This document shows, piece after piece, positions 26,642 to 36,148 of a stretch of 64,000 nt of DNA (position 1 is the stretch's first letter; the number at the start of each line of letters is the position of its first letter). The translations under genes and the position numbers were made by a program. A model generated the notes under the pieces. That model was not told the origin of the DNA. It saw only the letters and a program-made list of their open reading frames with translations, and did not search any database. Source of the stretch: Candidatus Acidiferrum sp. (GTDB lineage: Bacteria > Acidobacteriota > Terriglobia > Acidiferrales > UBA7541); the NCBI GenBank assembly GCA_035483715.1, contig DATHPN010000087.1:7819-71818 (forward strand), read 5' to 3'.

Positions 26642-27634
26642 TCAGGCGCTTGCCACCGAAAATTTCAGCGGAGAATCCGAAAGCAATCCTTCCAGAGCGG
26701 ACACCAGATCAGCATCCCACCAGCCTCGGCGCGTTTCTTCGCGCATGATTTCGAGCGCTTTCTGCGGCGTGAGCGCCTCGCGATAGGGGCGATCGGTGGT
26801 GAGCGAATCGTAGATGTCCATGGTTTGCAGGATGCGCGCGGTGAGCGGGATTTCCTCGCCTTTCAGATGGTCGGGATAGCCGCTGCCATCCTGCTTTTCA
26901 TGATGCGAGCGGATGACGGGCAGAACGCTGCGGAAGGATCTCAGGGGGGCGCAAATGCGCTCGCCGATGATGGTGTGTTTTTCCATGATTTTGCGCTCGG
27001 CGGCGTCCAGCGAGCCGGGCTTCAGCAGGACGTTTTCGGGCACAGCCACCTTGCCGATGTCGTGCACGATTCCGCTGCGTCGCAGGTCGTTGCACACTTC
27101 CCTTGACAATCCAATCTTTTCGGCCAGCGACACCGTATAGCGCGAGAGCCGGTCGCAGTGGCCTTCTGTGTAGGGGTCCTTCGCCTCAATGCTGCGCGCC
27201 AGCGTATACAACACGGTCTCCGCGCTTTCCAGTTCGTCCGTGGAGCGCTTCAGGCGCACGAGCGAATGCACGCGCGCCAGCAGTTCTTCCTGCTTGACCT
27301 GCTTGTGCAGAAAATCATCTGCGCCCGCTTCGATGACCCGGATGCGGTTTTCCGCGCAGGGCAGCCCGGTAACCAGCACCACGGGAAGAAACCGTGTCTC
27401 CGGACGGGCCTTGATCGCGCGGCACACCGTAATTCCCGTAAGTCCAGGCATCATGACGTCAAGCAACACCAGATCCACAGGCTGGGAACAAACCGCCTCG
27501 AACGCCTGCTCGCCATTGTCGACCGCAATGACCTGGTAACTGTTCAAGCGCAGCAGTTCGATCAGCGGCTCGCGCACGCATTCATCGCTGTCTGCTACAA
27601 CGATAATTCCCTTGAGCGATGGTGTGGAAGACAC
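26642..27634 (-). CDS. response regulator with HD-GYP domain (RpfG-like c-di-GMP phosphodiesterase)
   Basis: REC domain (IVVADSDE...DLVLLDVMMPGLTG...K). HD-GYP domain (HCDRLSRY, IVHDIGKVAVP, HHEKQDGSGYPDHLKG). Confidence 0.9.
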   Translation of the reverse strand: MSSTPSLKGIIVVADSDECVREPLIELLRLNSYQVIAVDNGEQAFEAVCSQPVDLVLLDVMMPGLTGITVCRAIKARPETRFLPVVLVTGLPCAENRIRVIEAGADDFLHKQVKQEELLARVHSLVRLKRSTDELESAETVLYTLARSIEAKDPYTEGHCDRLSRYTVSLAEKIGLSREVCNDLRRSGIVHDIGKVAVPENVLLKPGSLDAAERKIMEKHTIIGERICAPLRSFRSVLPVIRSHHEKQDGSGYPDHLKGEEIPLTARILQTMDIYDSLTTDRPYREALTPQKALEIMREETRRGWWDADLVSALEGLLSDSPLKFSVASA

Positions 27635-27861
27635 TCTTCCCCCTGCGGACAGCCGCGCGATGCGGAACTGAGAGGAAGTTTCCCGCCTGCAAGCATTCTG
27701 GGAAAAACAATTGAAGGGAAGTATATCTTCGACGGATGCAAGAGGGCTGTCAAGATAAGTTGGAACAGGTGGCGCAGGTGCGGTTCAAAAAGGAACAGAG
27801 TCCTGCACCGCATTAAAACAGGCGCCCTCGATCCTTTACCGATTTTTGTATGCTCCCTGGC

Positions 27862-29169
27862 TTATTTGAAAACGCGGGCAAAAATTGCGTCCACATAACG
27901 GAGGTGGCGGGTCAGATCGAATGTTTTTTCCAAAGCAGCACGGTCCAGGAAAACTTTGATGCGCGGGTCGGCAACCACGCGCTGGCGAAAATTTGTTTCC
28001 GTTTCCCACGCCGCCATGGCATGTTCCTGCACCCATTTGTAAGCGTCTTCGCGAGGGGCGCCCGCTTCGATCAGGTCCAGCAGGAGCTGGCCGGAGAAGA
28101 CGAGGCCGCCGGTAGCGTCCAGGTTGCGGCGCATGCGCTCCGGGAAGACGCGCATTCCGGAAACGATGTCGGTCATGCGCGCAAGCAGGTAATCGGCCAG
28201 GATGGTCGAATCGGGCAGGATCACGCGTTCAACCGAGCTGTGCGAGATGTCGCGCTCGTGCCAGAGGGCGATGTTCTCAAACGCCGCGCCGGCATTGGCG
28301 CGCACGACACGGGCGAGGCCGCACACCTGTTCGCTCGACACCGGATTGCGCTTGTGCGGCATGGCCGAACTTCCGCGCTGCTCGCCGCCAAAGGGTTCCT
28401 CGGCTTCGCGCACTTCGGTGCGCTGCAGGTGGCGGATTTCCAGCGCGATTTTTTCCAGCGTGGCCGCGAGAATCGCCAGCGTCGAAACATATTGCGCGTG
28501 GCGGTCGCGCTGAATTACCTGGGACGAGACCGGAGCGACGTCCAGGCCGAGGCGTTTGCAGATGGCCGCTTCCGCGTCCGGTCCCAGGTGCGACGCGTTG
28601 CCGACGGCGCCGGAAATTTTTCCGACGGCCATTTGCCGCGCGGCCTGGCCGAAGCGCTCGAGATTGCGGCGGTTTTCCGCAAACCAGTTGGCGACTTTAA
28701 GGCCGAAGGTGATCGGCTCGGCATGAATGCCGTGGGTGCGGCCGATTTGAGGGGTGTGCTGAAACTCGCGGGCGCGACGTTCGAGCACTTCGCCGAAGCG
28801 GACAAGTCCGTGCTCGATCAGGCGCGACGCCTCGCGAATCTGCAGCGCCTGGGCCGTGTCCACCACGTCATTGGAGGTCAGGCCGTAATGCAGCCAGCGG
28901 GCGGCGTCGGGATCGCCAATCGTTTCGCCGACGGCCATAGTGAATGCGATCACGTCATGCTTCACCTTGGCTTCGAGTTCTGCGATTCGCTTTACCACGC
29001 CCGCGTCGACGCGCGCCTTCTCGCGAATTTTCGCGGCAGCGGCGGCGGGCACGACCCCCGATTCGGCCAGCGTTTCCGTTGCCGCCAGTTCGACTTCCAG
29101 CCAGCGTCGGAATTTGCCCTCCTCGCTCCAGACCCGGCCTATCTCTTCGCGCGTGTATCGTGAAATCAA
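27862..29169 (-). CDS. purB: adenylosuccinate lyase
   Basis: Track ORF to 29214. I prefer TTG 29169 (LISRYTREEIGRVWSEE, the typical PurB N-terminus) behind GAGGGAG. Fumarate-lyase signature GSSAMPHKRNP. Confidence 0.92.
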   Translation of the reverse strand: MISRYTREEIGRVWSEEGKFRRWLEVELAATETLAESGVVPAAAAAKIREKARVDAGVVKRIAELEAKVKHDVIAFTMAVGETIGDPDAARWLHYGLTSNDVVDTAQALQIREASRLIEHGLVRFGEVLERRAREFQHTPQIGRTHGIHAEPITFGLKVANWFAENRRNLERFGQAARQMAVGKISGAVGNASHLGPDAEAAICKRLGLDVAPVSSQVIQRDRHAQYVSTLAILAATLEKIALEIRHLQRTEVREAEEPFGGEQRGSSAMPHKRNPVSSEQVCGLARVVRANAGAAFENIALWHERDISHSSVERVILPDSTILADYLLARMTDIVSGMRVFPERMRRNLDATGGLVFSGQLLLDLIEAGAPREDAYKWVQEHAMAAWETETNFRQRVVADPRIKVFLDRAALEKTFDLTRHLRYVDAIFARVFK

Positions 29170-29272
29170 GCGGAACTCCCTCGGGGCACACGCCATCCAA
29201 ATCCGGCGCGGCAATTAGTGAAAATTGGGCGGGAAAAATTCCCTCAATGATGATACCCGAATTTCGCTCCGA

Positions 29273-29360
29273 AGTGGCGCGGGCTTCAGCCTGCGTGGGT
29301 TGGTCGAGGAAGGGTCGATCTTTCCGCGACTAAAACGCGCAGGCTGAAGCCCGCGCCACT
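29273..29360. repeat. PAL-A palindromic repeat copy 2 (GTGGCGCGGGC variant)
   Basis: AGTGGCGCGGGCTTCAGCCTGCG ... CGCGCAGGCTGAAGCCCGCGCCACT, in the purB / HNH-like divergent spacer. Confidence 0.9.
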
Positions 29361-29394
29361 AAACACCCTTCCGACTTGAGTTACACTGGAGCGG

Positions 29395-29964
29395 ATGCGG
29401 AATCGCAAAAGCATTCTTCCTTTTCTGATCCCAATATTGTTGCTTCTGTTCCTCGCGTGGATCATCCGCACAAATTTCCCTTCGCCGTCAACGAAATCGA
29501 CATCCGGCGGTGAATCAGCCCAGCCTCATGCCGGGCCGCCGGATATTTATCCCGACCCGGTGCGGACTCCGGGCGCGACCAATCCGGACATCACCCAGGA
29601 AAATATCCGCCAGACGATCTGCAATCCGAGATGGAGCACGAAATCCATCCGCCCCGAGGAAAGCTACACGCATCGCCTGAAAGTCGAACAAATCGGCGAA
29701 TACGGCTACTCCGACTCACGCCTGAAAGACTACGAAGAGGATCATTTCATCCCGCTCGAACTCGGCGGTAATCCCACCGACCCAAAAAATCTCTGGCCCG
29801 AGCCCTTCGAGACGTCCATCCCGGACGGTGGCGCCCACGCCAAGGACAAAGTGGAAAATTACCTCCATGCCGAAGTCTGCTCGGGCAGCCTTACTCTCGA
29901 GCAAGCGCAGCGCGAAATTGCAGAGGACTGGTACCGCGTCTACCAGGCCTCCGTCCCGCATTGA
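29395..29964 (+). CDS. membrane-anchored His-Me finger (HNH-like) nuclease-like protein
   Basis: 189 aa. N-terminal anchor ILPFLIPILLLLFLAWII, then YEEDHFIPLELGGNPTDPKNLWPEP, resembling the HNH beta-beta-alpha metal finger (DH...P...GG...N). No CxxC zinc knuckles. Confidence 0.45.
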   Translation: MRNRKSILPFLIPILLLLFLAWIIRTNFPSPSTKSTSGGESAQPHAGPPDIYPDPVRTPGATNPDITQENIRQTICNPRWSTKSIRPEESYTHRLKVEQIGEYGYSDSRLKDYEEDHFIPLELGGNPTDPKNLWPEPFETSIPDGGAHAKDKVENYLHAEVCSGSLTLEQAQREIAEDWYRVYQASVPH

Positions 29965-30082
29965 TGAATTGAGCCCAAGTGTTGTATCGTTCGGCGAGCT
30001 GCGGGGCCCGTCTGCTCCGGCCGAATCGCCATCGCGTTTCCCGATTGGCAAAGAAAGCTATCCTGCCGGCAAGGAGAATTCG

Positions 30083-31672
30083 ATGAAAACGAAACTCTTG
30101 GTGTTGGGCGTACTCGCAATCGCAGCGTCTTCCTTGCTGGCGGCCGGCGCGCCGGACGGATCGCGCTGGTGGTCCTATGTGGAATTTCTGGCTTCGGACA
30201 AGCTCGAGGGCCGGAATACCGGCAGCGAAGGGCATCGCCAAGCCGCGGAATTTGTGGCCAAGCAATTCGAGCGCGACGGGTTGAAACCCGCAGGCACCGA
30301 AGGTTACATCCAGTCCGTAAAATTCAATACGCTGCAACTTGACGAGAGCGATTCGAGCCTCACTCTCGAGCGCCAAGGCAAAGAGCAGGCGATCGAACTT
30401 GGCGAGGATGCCATCATCGGCACGCGCGTTGATCCCGCGCCGGCGGTGGAGGCCGGGATGTATTTCGTCGGCTACGGACTGCGCGTGCCGGACGACAACT
30501 ACGATGATTTCGCGGGCCTGGACACGAAAGGGAAAATCGCCGTTTATATCGGCGGCGCTCCCAGCTCGATGTCCAGCGCACTCGCCGCCCACTATCAATC
30601 GGGCGGCCAGCGCTGGGCGACGCTGAAGAGCGCGGGCATGATCGGCGCCATAGCGATTCCCAATCCGCATCATATGGATGTCCCGTGGCCACGAATCGCG
30701 TTGAGCCGTTTCCAGATGACCATGCAACTGGCAGGGCCGGGGATGGATGAAACCGCGGGCGAACAGATCGCCATCGCGTGGAATCCCGCGCACGCCGACG
30801 AACTCTTCGCCGGCAGCGGCCACACCCTGGATGAACTCGTGGCCGTTGCGGAACAAGGAAAACAACTGCCGCGTTTCGCTCTTCCGGCGAAACTGAAGGC
30901 GAGAACGGCAGTCAAGCGCGGCAGCGTGGAATCGCAAAATCTTGCGGCGATCTATCCCGGCTCGGATGCAAAATTGAAGGACGAATATGTGGCGATGTCG
31001 GCGCACATCGACCACCTGGGAATCGGCAAACCGATCAACGGAGACTCGATTTACAACGGCGCAATGGACAACGCGTCCGGAGTGGCCTCCATCCTGGAAT
31101 TGGCGGATCACTTCAAGCAAGCCAATGTAAAAATGAAGCGGTCGGTGTTATTCGTGGTGGTGACGGGAGAAGAAAAAGGGCTGCTGGGGTCCAGATATTA
31201 CGCCACAAATCCAACCGTGCCCGCGCGCAGCATCGTTGCGGATATCAACACGGACATGTTCCTGCCGCTCTACCCCCTGAAGATCGTGACGGTGTACGGG
31301 CTCGATGAATCCACGGTCGGCGACGATGCTCGCGCCGTTGCGCAAGGGATGGGAATCATGGCGCAGCCCGATCCCGAGCCTGTGCGCAATATTTTTATTC
31401 GCAGCGATCAGTACAACTTCGTCCGCCGCGGAATTCCCTCCGTGATGATCGCTTTCGGAAACGAGAAGGGCTCGCCGGAGGCGGCGATCGAAAAAAAATG
31501 GCTCACCGATCGTTACCACGCACCTTCTGATGATGTGGGCCAGCCGGTGGACAAGCAGGCGGCGGCGCAATTCAACGTGCTCCTCGAGGATCTGATCGAG
31601 CGCATTGCCAACGCCGATGCCCGGCCTGCGTGGAAACCGAATTCCTTTTTCCGGCGGTATGCCGGCAACTGA
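30083..31672 (+). CDS. M28 family metallopeptidase with PA domain, secreted
   Basis: ATG 30083 behind AAGGAGA (the track ORF starts upstream at 29828). Signal MKTKLLVLGVLAIAASSLLAAGA. M28 motifs SAHIDHLG, NGAMDNASGVASILELA, VVTGEEKGLLGSRYY. Confidence 0.88.
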   Translation: MKTKLLVLGVLAIAASSLLAAGAPDGSRWWSYVEFLASDKLEGRNTGSEGHRQAAEFVAKQFERDGLKPAGTEGYIQSVKFNTLQLDESDSSLTLERQGKEQAIELGEDAIIGTRVDPAPAVEAGMYFVGYGLRVPDDNYDDFAGLDTKGKIAVYIGGAPSSMSSALAAHYQSGGQRWATLKSAGMIGAIAIPNPHHMDVPWPRIALSRFQMTMQLAGPGMDETAGEQIAIAWNPAHADELFAGSGHTLDELVAVAEQGKQLPRFALPAKLKARTAVKRGSVESQNLAAIYPGSDAKLKDEYVAMSAHIDHLGIGKPINGDSIYNGAMDNASGVASILELADHFKQANVKMKRSVLFVVVTGEEKGLLGSRYYATNPTVPARSIVADINTDMFLPLYPLKIVTVYGLDESTVGDDARAVAQGMGIMAQPDPEPVRNIFIRSDQYNFVRRGIPSVMIAFGNEKGSPEAAIEKKWLTDRYHAPSDDVGQPVDKQAAAQFNVLLEDLIERIANADARPAWKPNSFFRRYAGN

Positions 31673-31685
31673 CCCGCGAAGTGTT

Positions 31686-31759
31686 GTGACGCCGGCATCT
31701 CGCCGGCGTTCGTGTAAAGTGCGGAGATCAGAAAATCGCCGGCGAGATGCCGGCGCCAC
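31686..31759. repeat. PAL-C palindromic repeat copy 3
   Basis: GTGACGCCGGCATCTCGCCGGCGTTCG ... AATCGCCGGCGAGATGCCGGCGCCAC, between convergent genes. Confidence 0.9.
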
Positions 31760-31777
31760 GAAAAGGCCGGCTGCCGT

Positions 31778-32641
31778 TCACAAATTCAGTGTGGGAAGCG
31801 GAGTATCCTGCGAGGCGATGATGAGCTCTCCGCAAAACGCGGCGGCGCCGCTGCGCCGGCCAAGCGCTTCTTGGGCGGAGATGCGCGCGACGTCGGGATT
31901 ATTGTTGTTCTCCGAGAGATGGGCGAGGACCACGTAGCGCGCATGGGCGTCGAACGCTTCCGAGTCGGCCAGAAATTCGCTGACCGTGTGGTTTGACAGA
32001 TGGCCCGTGCGGCTCATCACGCGCTGCTTGATGTGCCATGGATACGGGCCAACCTTCAGCATTTCCAGATCGTGGTTGGATTCGAGCATCAGGCAATCGG
32101 AATCCCGCAAGTGAACTTTCACGAGTTCGGGCAAGTAGCCGAGGTCGGTAACGATCGCGACTTTCGTTCCATGGGCGCGAAAGGTGAATCCCAGCGGGTC
32201 CACGGCGTCGTGCGGAATCGCAAAGGGAGAGACCTCGATGTCGCCCACGAGGAATCGCAGTCCGGCGCGAATGTGCTGGACGCGGTCCAGGCGCTTGTGC
32301 GAAGTTTCCGGCAGAATGCGCAGCACTTCCGTATGGGTGGCTTCATTCAGATAAACCGTAGTGCGCCACTGGCCCAGCACTTGCGCCAGCGAGCCGATGT
32401 GATCGGTATGTTCGTGAGAGATGACGATTCCGTCAAGACGATCGACATCGCGGCCCACCGCGGCAAGGCGCCGCAGCGTTTCTTTTTTGCCGAGCCCCGC
32501 GTCAACCAGCAGCCGGGTCTGGTCCGTCTCGAGCAAAGTGCAATTGCCCGAACTGCCCGAACCCAGAATCGTAACGCGCAGACTGATAAATCCCCCCAGC
32601 GGACCAGCACGCGGTTGCGCAGGCCCACGGAATAATGACAA
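31778..32641 (-). CDS. MBL-fold metallo-hydrolase
   Basis: VTILGSGSSGNCTLLE ... VISHEHTDHIG ... HLS: metallo-beta-lactamase fold of the YycJ/PhnP type. The start is uncertain. Confidence 0.85.
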   Translation of the reverse strand: MSLFRGPAQPRAGPLGGFISLRVTILGSGSSGNCTLLETDQTRLLVDAGLGKKETLRRLAAVGRDVDRLDGIVISHEHTDHIGSLAQVLGQWRTTVYLNEATHTEVLRILPETSHKRLDRVQHIRAGLRFLVGDIEVSPFAIPHDAVDPLGFTFRAHGTKVAIVTDLGYLPELVKVHLRDSDCLMLESNHDLEMLKVGPYPWHIKQRVMSRTGHLSNHTVSEFLADSEAFDAHARYVVLAHLSENNNNPDVARISAQEALGRRSGAAAFCGELIIASQDTPLPTLNL

Positions 32642-32774
32642 AGCGCAGCGCCCACGTCAATGACGCATGCGCAGCCGGTTACTGCAACTCATCCAAAGCG
32701 TCTCTTCGATTGCTCGGGCATATCACCGCGCCGTTTCAAATTGACACTCCTCGGAGCGGTTGTTAGATTGATTG

Positions 32775-33719
32775 ATGGAGCTGGGGGAGCAGGAAACACT
32801 GAGGAAAAATCCGCGAATCTGGATTCCGTTGCTTGCATTTCTGGCCTTGCAGGCGGCAGGGTGCATCACCATCAAGAGAAGGACGGAGGTCAAGAAGGAA
32901 GAAATCCGTCCTCAACTCGAATCCAGCGAAGCCAATCTCCTGGCCAGCTACAACAGCCAGGTGCGCGCCGTGCAGAGCCTGCAGGCGACCGTAGACCTGA
33001 TTCCCAGCACCGGGACGACCTACAGCGGCGTCATCGAGGAATATCATGATGTTCCCGGATTCATCCTGGCGCAGCGTCCCGCGACCGTGCGGGTGATCGG
33101 GCAGGCCCCGGTGGTCGCCAAAAATATCTTCGACATGGTGGCCGACGAAAAAGAATTCCGGATTTATATTCCCTCGAAGAACTCATTTTTGGTCGGGCCC
33201 ACGACTCTGGTCCGCCCGTCGAAAAAGCCCCTGGAAAATCTGCGGCCGCAGCATGTGGTGGAAGCGCTGTTCTGGCCGGAATTGCCGCCCAGCGCGAATG
33301 TTCTCTTCGAGCAGTTCGATTTCAACGTGAGCCGCTACTACATTCTGACCCTGCTGCGGACCGCGGCCGGCGGAAAATTCGAGATCGCCAGGAAAATCTG
33401 GTACAGCCGCATCGACCTGCGCGTTTCCCGCGTTCAACTGTTTGGCGCCGGAGGAAAACTCGAATCCGACATCCAATATTCGGACTGGGGGCCAGTGCCC
33501 GCAGCCGAAGGCGCCCCGGCAACGGAACAAGCGAGCTTCGCGCGGGACATCCATATCTGGCGTCCCCAGGACGATTACAAACTCGAAATCAAGATTCTTA
33601 AACTCACGCTGAACGAACCGATTTCGCCGGACCGGTTTGACCTGGAGCAGCCGGCGGGAACCGAACTCGTGCGTGTAGGCGACGAGTCTCAGGGAGCGCA
33701 ATCGGGGCCACAACCATGA
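32775..33719 (+). CDS. LolA/LolB-like (DUF4292-like) lipoprotein
   Basis: Lipobox LAFLALQAAGC. Beta-rich body with pattern ...LQATVDLIPSTG...RPATVRVIG...EFRIYIPSKNSFLVGP. Its stop overlaps the permease ATG (ATGA at 33716-33719). Confidence 0.5.
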   Translation: MELGEQETLRKNPRIWIPLLAFLALQAAGCITIKRRTEVKKEEIRPQLESSEANLLASYNSQVRAVQSLQATVDLIPSTGTTYSGVIEEYHDVPGFILAQRPATVRVIGQAPVVAKNIFDMVADEKEFRIYIPSKNSFLVGPTTLVRPSKKPLENLRPQHVVEALFWPELPPSANVLFEQFDFNVSRYYILTLLRTAAGGKFEIARKIWYSRIDLRVSRVQLFGAGGKLESDIQYSDWGPVPAAEGAPATEQASFARDIHIWRPQDDYKLEIKILKLTLNEPISPDRFDLEQPAGTELVRVGDESQGAQSGPQP

Positions 33720-34816
33720 TGCGCCAACTGGTTGTGAACAATGTTCTGCACCGCCCGATTCGCACCATCGTGAGCGTCATCGCCGTGGGCGTGGAAGTTG
33801 CGCTGGTCATTCTGATTGTCGGGCTCACCAGCGGCCTGTTGCAGGAAACGGCCAAGCGCATTGAAGGTATCGGCGCGGATATCATGCTGCAGCCGCCGTC
33901 GGCTTCCGTCTTTCTAGCTTTCAGCGGGGCGCCCATGCCCGTCAAGATTGCCGACAAATTGCGCGAACTGAGATACGTGCAGGCGGTCGCTCCGGTACTG
34001 CTGCAATTCAGTTCCTCGGGCGGCGTGGACATCATTTACGGAATCGATCCGAAATCGTTCCGCGACGTTTCCAGCGGATTTGTTTTCCTCGAAGGGCACG
34101 ACATGCAAGGGCCCGACGATATTCTGCTGGACGACTGGGCGGCCAAGGCCAAGCACGCCACGGTGGATGGCACCTTCCGCGTGCTGGATCACGATTTTCA
34201 CGTCGCCGGAATCGTGGAGCACGGCAAGGGCGCTCGCATGTTCGTGCCCCTCTCGACCCTGCAGGATCTTTCCGGCTCGCGCGACAAGGCCTCCATTTTC
34301 TTCATCAAGTGCACTCGCCCGGACCACGCGCAGGCCGTGATGGACGAGATGCGGCCCATCTTTCCGGGATACGAGATTCGGCCGTTGAAGGATTTCTTGT
34401 CCTTGATGACCGCATCGAATCTGCCGGGTCTCGACGCTTTCATTGAAAGCATGATCGCCCTCGCCGTGTCCATCGGCTTCCTGGTAATCCTGCTTTCGAT
34501 GTATACCACGGTGATCGAGCGCACCCGGGACATCGGCGTTCTGAAATCCATCGGCGCCTCCAAGGGATACATTATTCGGGCGCTGCTCAGCGAGTCGGCC
34601 TTCATCTGTGTGATTGGCATTGGCGTGGGGATCGCCATGAGTTATTCCGGACGGGCCCTGTTCCTGTCTTCGTTTCCGACGCTTTCCATCCTGATTACGC
34701 CCGATTGGATCGTGCGCTCCGCGCTGATTGCGCTGGCCGGCGGGCTGCTTGGCGCAAGTTACCCCGCCTGGCTGGCCAGCCGTAAGGACGCCATCGAGGC
34801 TCTCTCCTACGATTGA
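33716..34816 (+). CDS. ABC transporter permease, MacB/LolCE-type (MacB periplasmic core + FtsX domain)
   Basis: 366 aa. N-terminal TM, large periplasmic domain, then a C-terminal FtsX block ERTRDIGVLKSIGASKGYI plus three TMs. Confidence 0.85.
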   Translation: MMRQLVVNNVLHRPIRTIVSVIAVGVEVALVILIVGLTSGLLQETAKRIEGIGADIMLQPPSASVFLAFSGAPMPVKIADKLRELRYVQAVAPVLLQFSSSGGVDIIYGIDPKSFRDVSSGFVFLEGHDMQGPDDILLDDWAAKAKHATVDGTFRVLDHDFHVAGIVEHGKGARMFVPLSTLQDLSGSRDKASIFFIKCTRPDHAQAVMDEMRPIFPGYEIRPLKDFLSLMTASNLPGLDAFIESMIALAVSIGFLVILLSMYTTVIERTRDIGVLKSIGASKGYIIRALLSESAFICVIGIGVGIAMSYSGRALFLSSFPTLSILITPDWIVRSALIALAGGLLGASYPAWLASRKDAIEALSYD

Positions 34817-34821
34817 ACCCT

Positions 34822-34881
34822 GGGAACGCCAATCTCCCGATTGGCATCACGCAATTCGCCAATCGGGAGATTGGCGTTCCC
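34822..34881. repeat. PAL-B palindromic repeat copy 2
   Basis: GGGAACGCCAATCTCCCGATTGGCATCACGCAATTCGCCAATCGGGAGATTGGCGTTCCC, inserted between the permease and ATPase genes of one transporter. Confidence 0.9.
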
Positions 34882-34902
34882 GGGGCCCGGGCCTAGTCAG
34901 AA

Positions 34903-35649
34903 ATGCCAATCGCGACTACAATACGACCGCCTGCCGAAGCGTTGCTATCCACAAGGGATCAGAGAGTGGAACCAATCGTAGTTACCGAAAATCTTTGGAA
35001 GCTGTATCACGCCGGAAAAGTGGAAGTTCCGGCGCTGCGCGGAGTTAATTTCAAGGTGCTGCCGGGAGAGTTTGTCAGCGTCATGGGACCTTCCGGCTGC
35101 GGCAAGTCTTCGCTGCTATATGTGCTCGGAGGGCTGGCGCAGGCTTCGAAGGGGCGCGTACTGGTGGACGGCAATGATTTGGCCTCCATGAGCGACGCCG
35201 AACGCACCAAGCTGCGGCGCCACAAGATCGGTTTCGTATTTCAAAGGTTCAATCTCCTGCCGACGCTGGACGCGCGCGGCAACATCGCCATTGCGCAACA
35301 TATTTACGGCGATGGTTTCGATCCGCACCGGTTTGAGGTCATCACCAAGATGCTCGGCCTCACCGACCGCCTGAAGCACCGGCCCTCGGAAATGTCCGGC
35401 GGCGAGCAGCAACGCGTGGCCATCGCGCGCGCGATTGTCAACGAGCCAAAAATTATCCTGGCGGACGAGCCGACCGGGAACCTGGACACACAGAACTCGG
35501 AAATTGTGCTATCCATGCTGAGCCAGTTGAACAAAGAGCTGGGCCAGACCATCATCATGATCACGCACAACCCGGAAGCAGCGGCGTATTCGAGCCGCGT
35601 GGTGCATATGCGCGACGGCGTAATTGTGGACGGGGTGCCTGCCGACTGA
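34903..35649 (+). CDS. ABC transporter ATP-binding protein (LolD/MacB-type)
   Basis: Walker [10 protein letters not shown], signature [14 protein letters not shown], Walker [12 protein letters not shown]. Alternative GTG start at 34966. Confidence 0.92.
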   Translation: MPIATTIRPPAEALLSTRDQRVEPIVVTENLWKLYHAGKVEVPALRGVNFKVLPGEFVSVMGPSGCGKSSLLYVLGGLAQASKGRVLVDGNDLASMSDAERTKLRRHKIGFVFQRFNLLPTLDARGNIAIAQHIYGDGFDPHRFEVITKMLGLTDRLKHRPSEMSGGEQQRVAIARAIVNEPKIILADEPTGNLDTQNSEIVLSMLSQLNKELGQTIIMITHNPEAAAYSSRVVHMRDGVIVDGVPAD

Positions 35650-35650
35650 C

Positions 35651-36049
35651 ATGCGAACCCTCTGGCGAGCGATCGTGCGGGTTCTGTTCTGGTCCTACGA
35701 GCGGGGAACCTGGCAGTATGATCTCGCGGTTGCCGGGATCGTGCTGTTCGTGCTCTTCTCGCCGCGCATTATTCATTACACGGATCAGCCTTCGCTGGGC
35801 CCGGCGGCGCCCGCGTCATCCCTGGTCACATTGCAGACTGTGGCGCCCGGTCAAATCTCCACCTACCGCGTGGATGCGCGGCTGCTTGCGACTCCGACGC
35901 GAACCCCGGAGCTGGAACACGATCTTCATGAGACGGTGCAAAAAAATGTGCAGGACTTGAATCATGGGCGATTCGAAATCGTGCGCATCGATCCCATTCG
36001 CGGCGAAGGCGGCACCATCGCGTATTACGACGTCTCCATAAAGCCCTGA
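35651..36049 (+). CDS. hypothetical membrane-anchored protein
   Basis: ATG 35651 is 1 nt after the ATPase stop. MRTLWRAIVRVLFWSYERGTWQYDLAVAGIVLFVLF, then a soluble ~90-aa domain. No family recognised. Confidence 0.5.
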   Translation: MRTLWRAIVRVLFWSYERGTWQYDLAVAGIVLFVLFSPRIIHYTDQPSLGPAAPASSLVTLQTVAPGQISTYRVDARLLATPTRTPELEHDLHETVQKNVQDLNHGRFEIVRIDPIRGEGGTIAYYDVSIKP

Positions 36050-36050
36050 A

Positions 36051-36122
36051 GTAGCACAGGCTTCAGCCTGTGGGTTTTTGTTATTGCAAGGACTAACCCC
36101 CGCAAGCTGAAGCGTGCGCCAC
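36051..36122. repeat. PAL-A palindromic repeat copy 3 (degenerate right arm)
   Basis: GTAGCACAGGCTTCAGCCTGTGGG ... CCCCGCAAGCTGAAGCGTGCGCCAC, starting 2 nt after the stop at 36049. Confidence 0.85.
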
Positions 36123-36148
36123 CAAATCCTGCCCTCCGCGCAGTCTGA

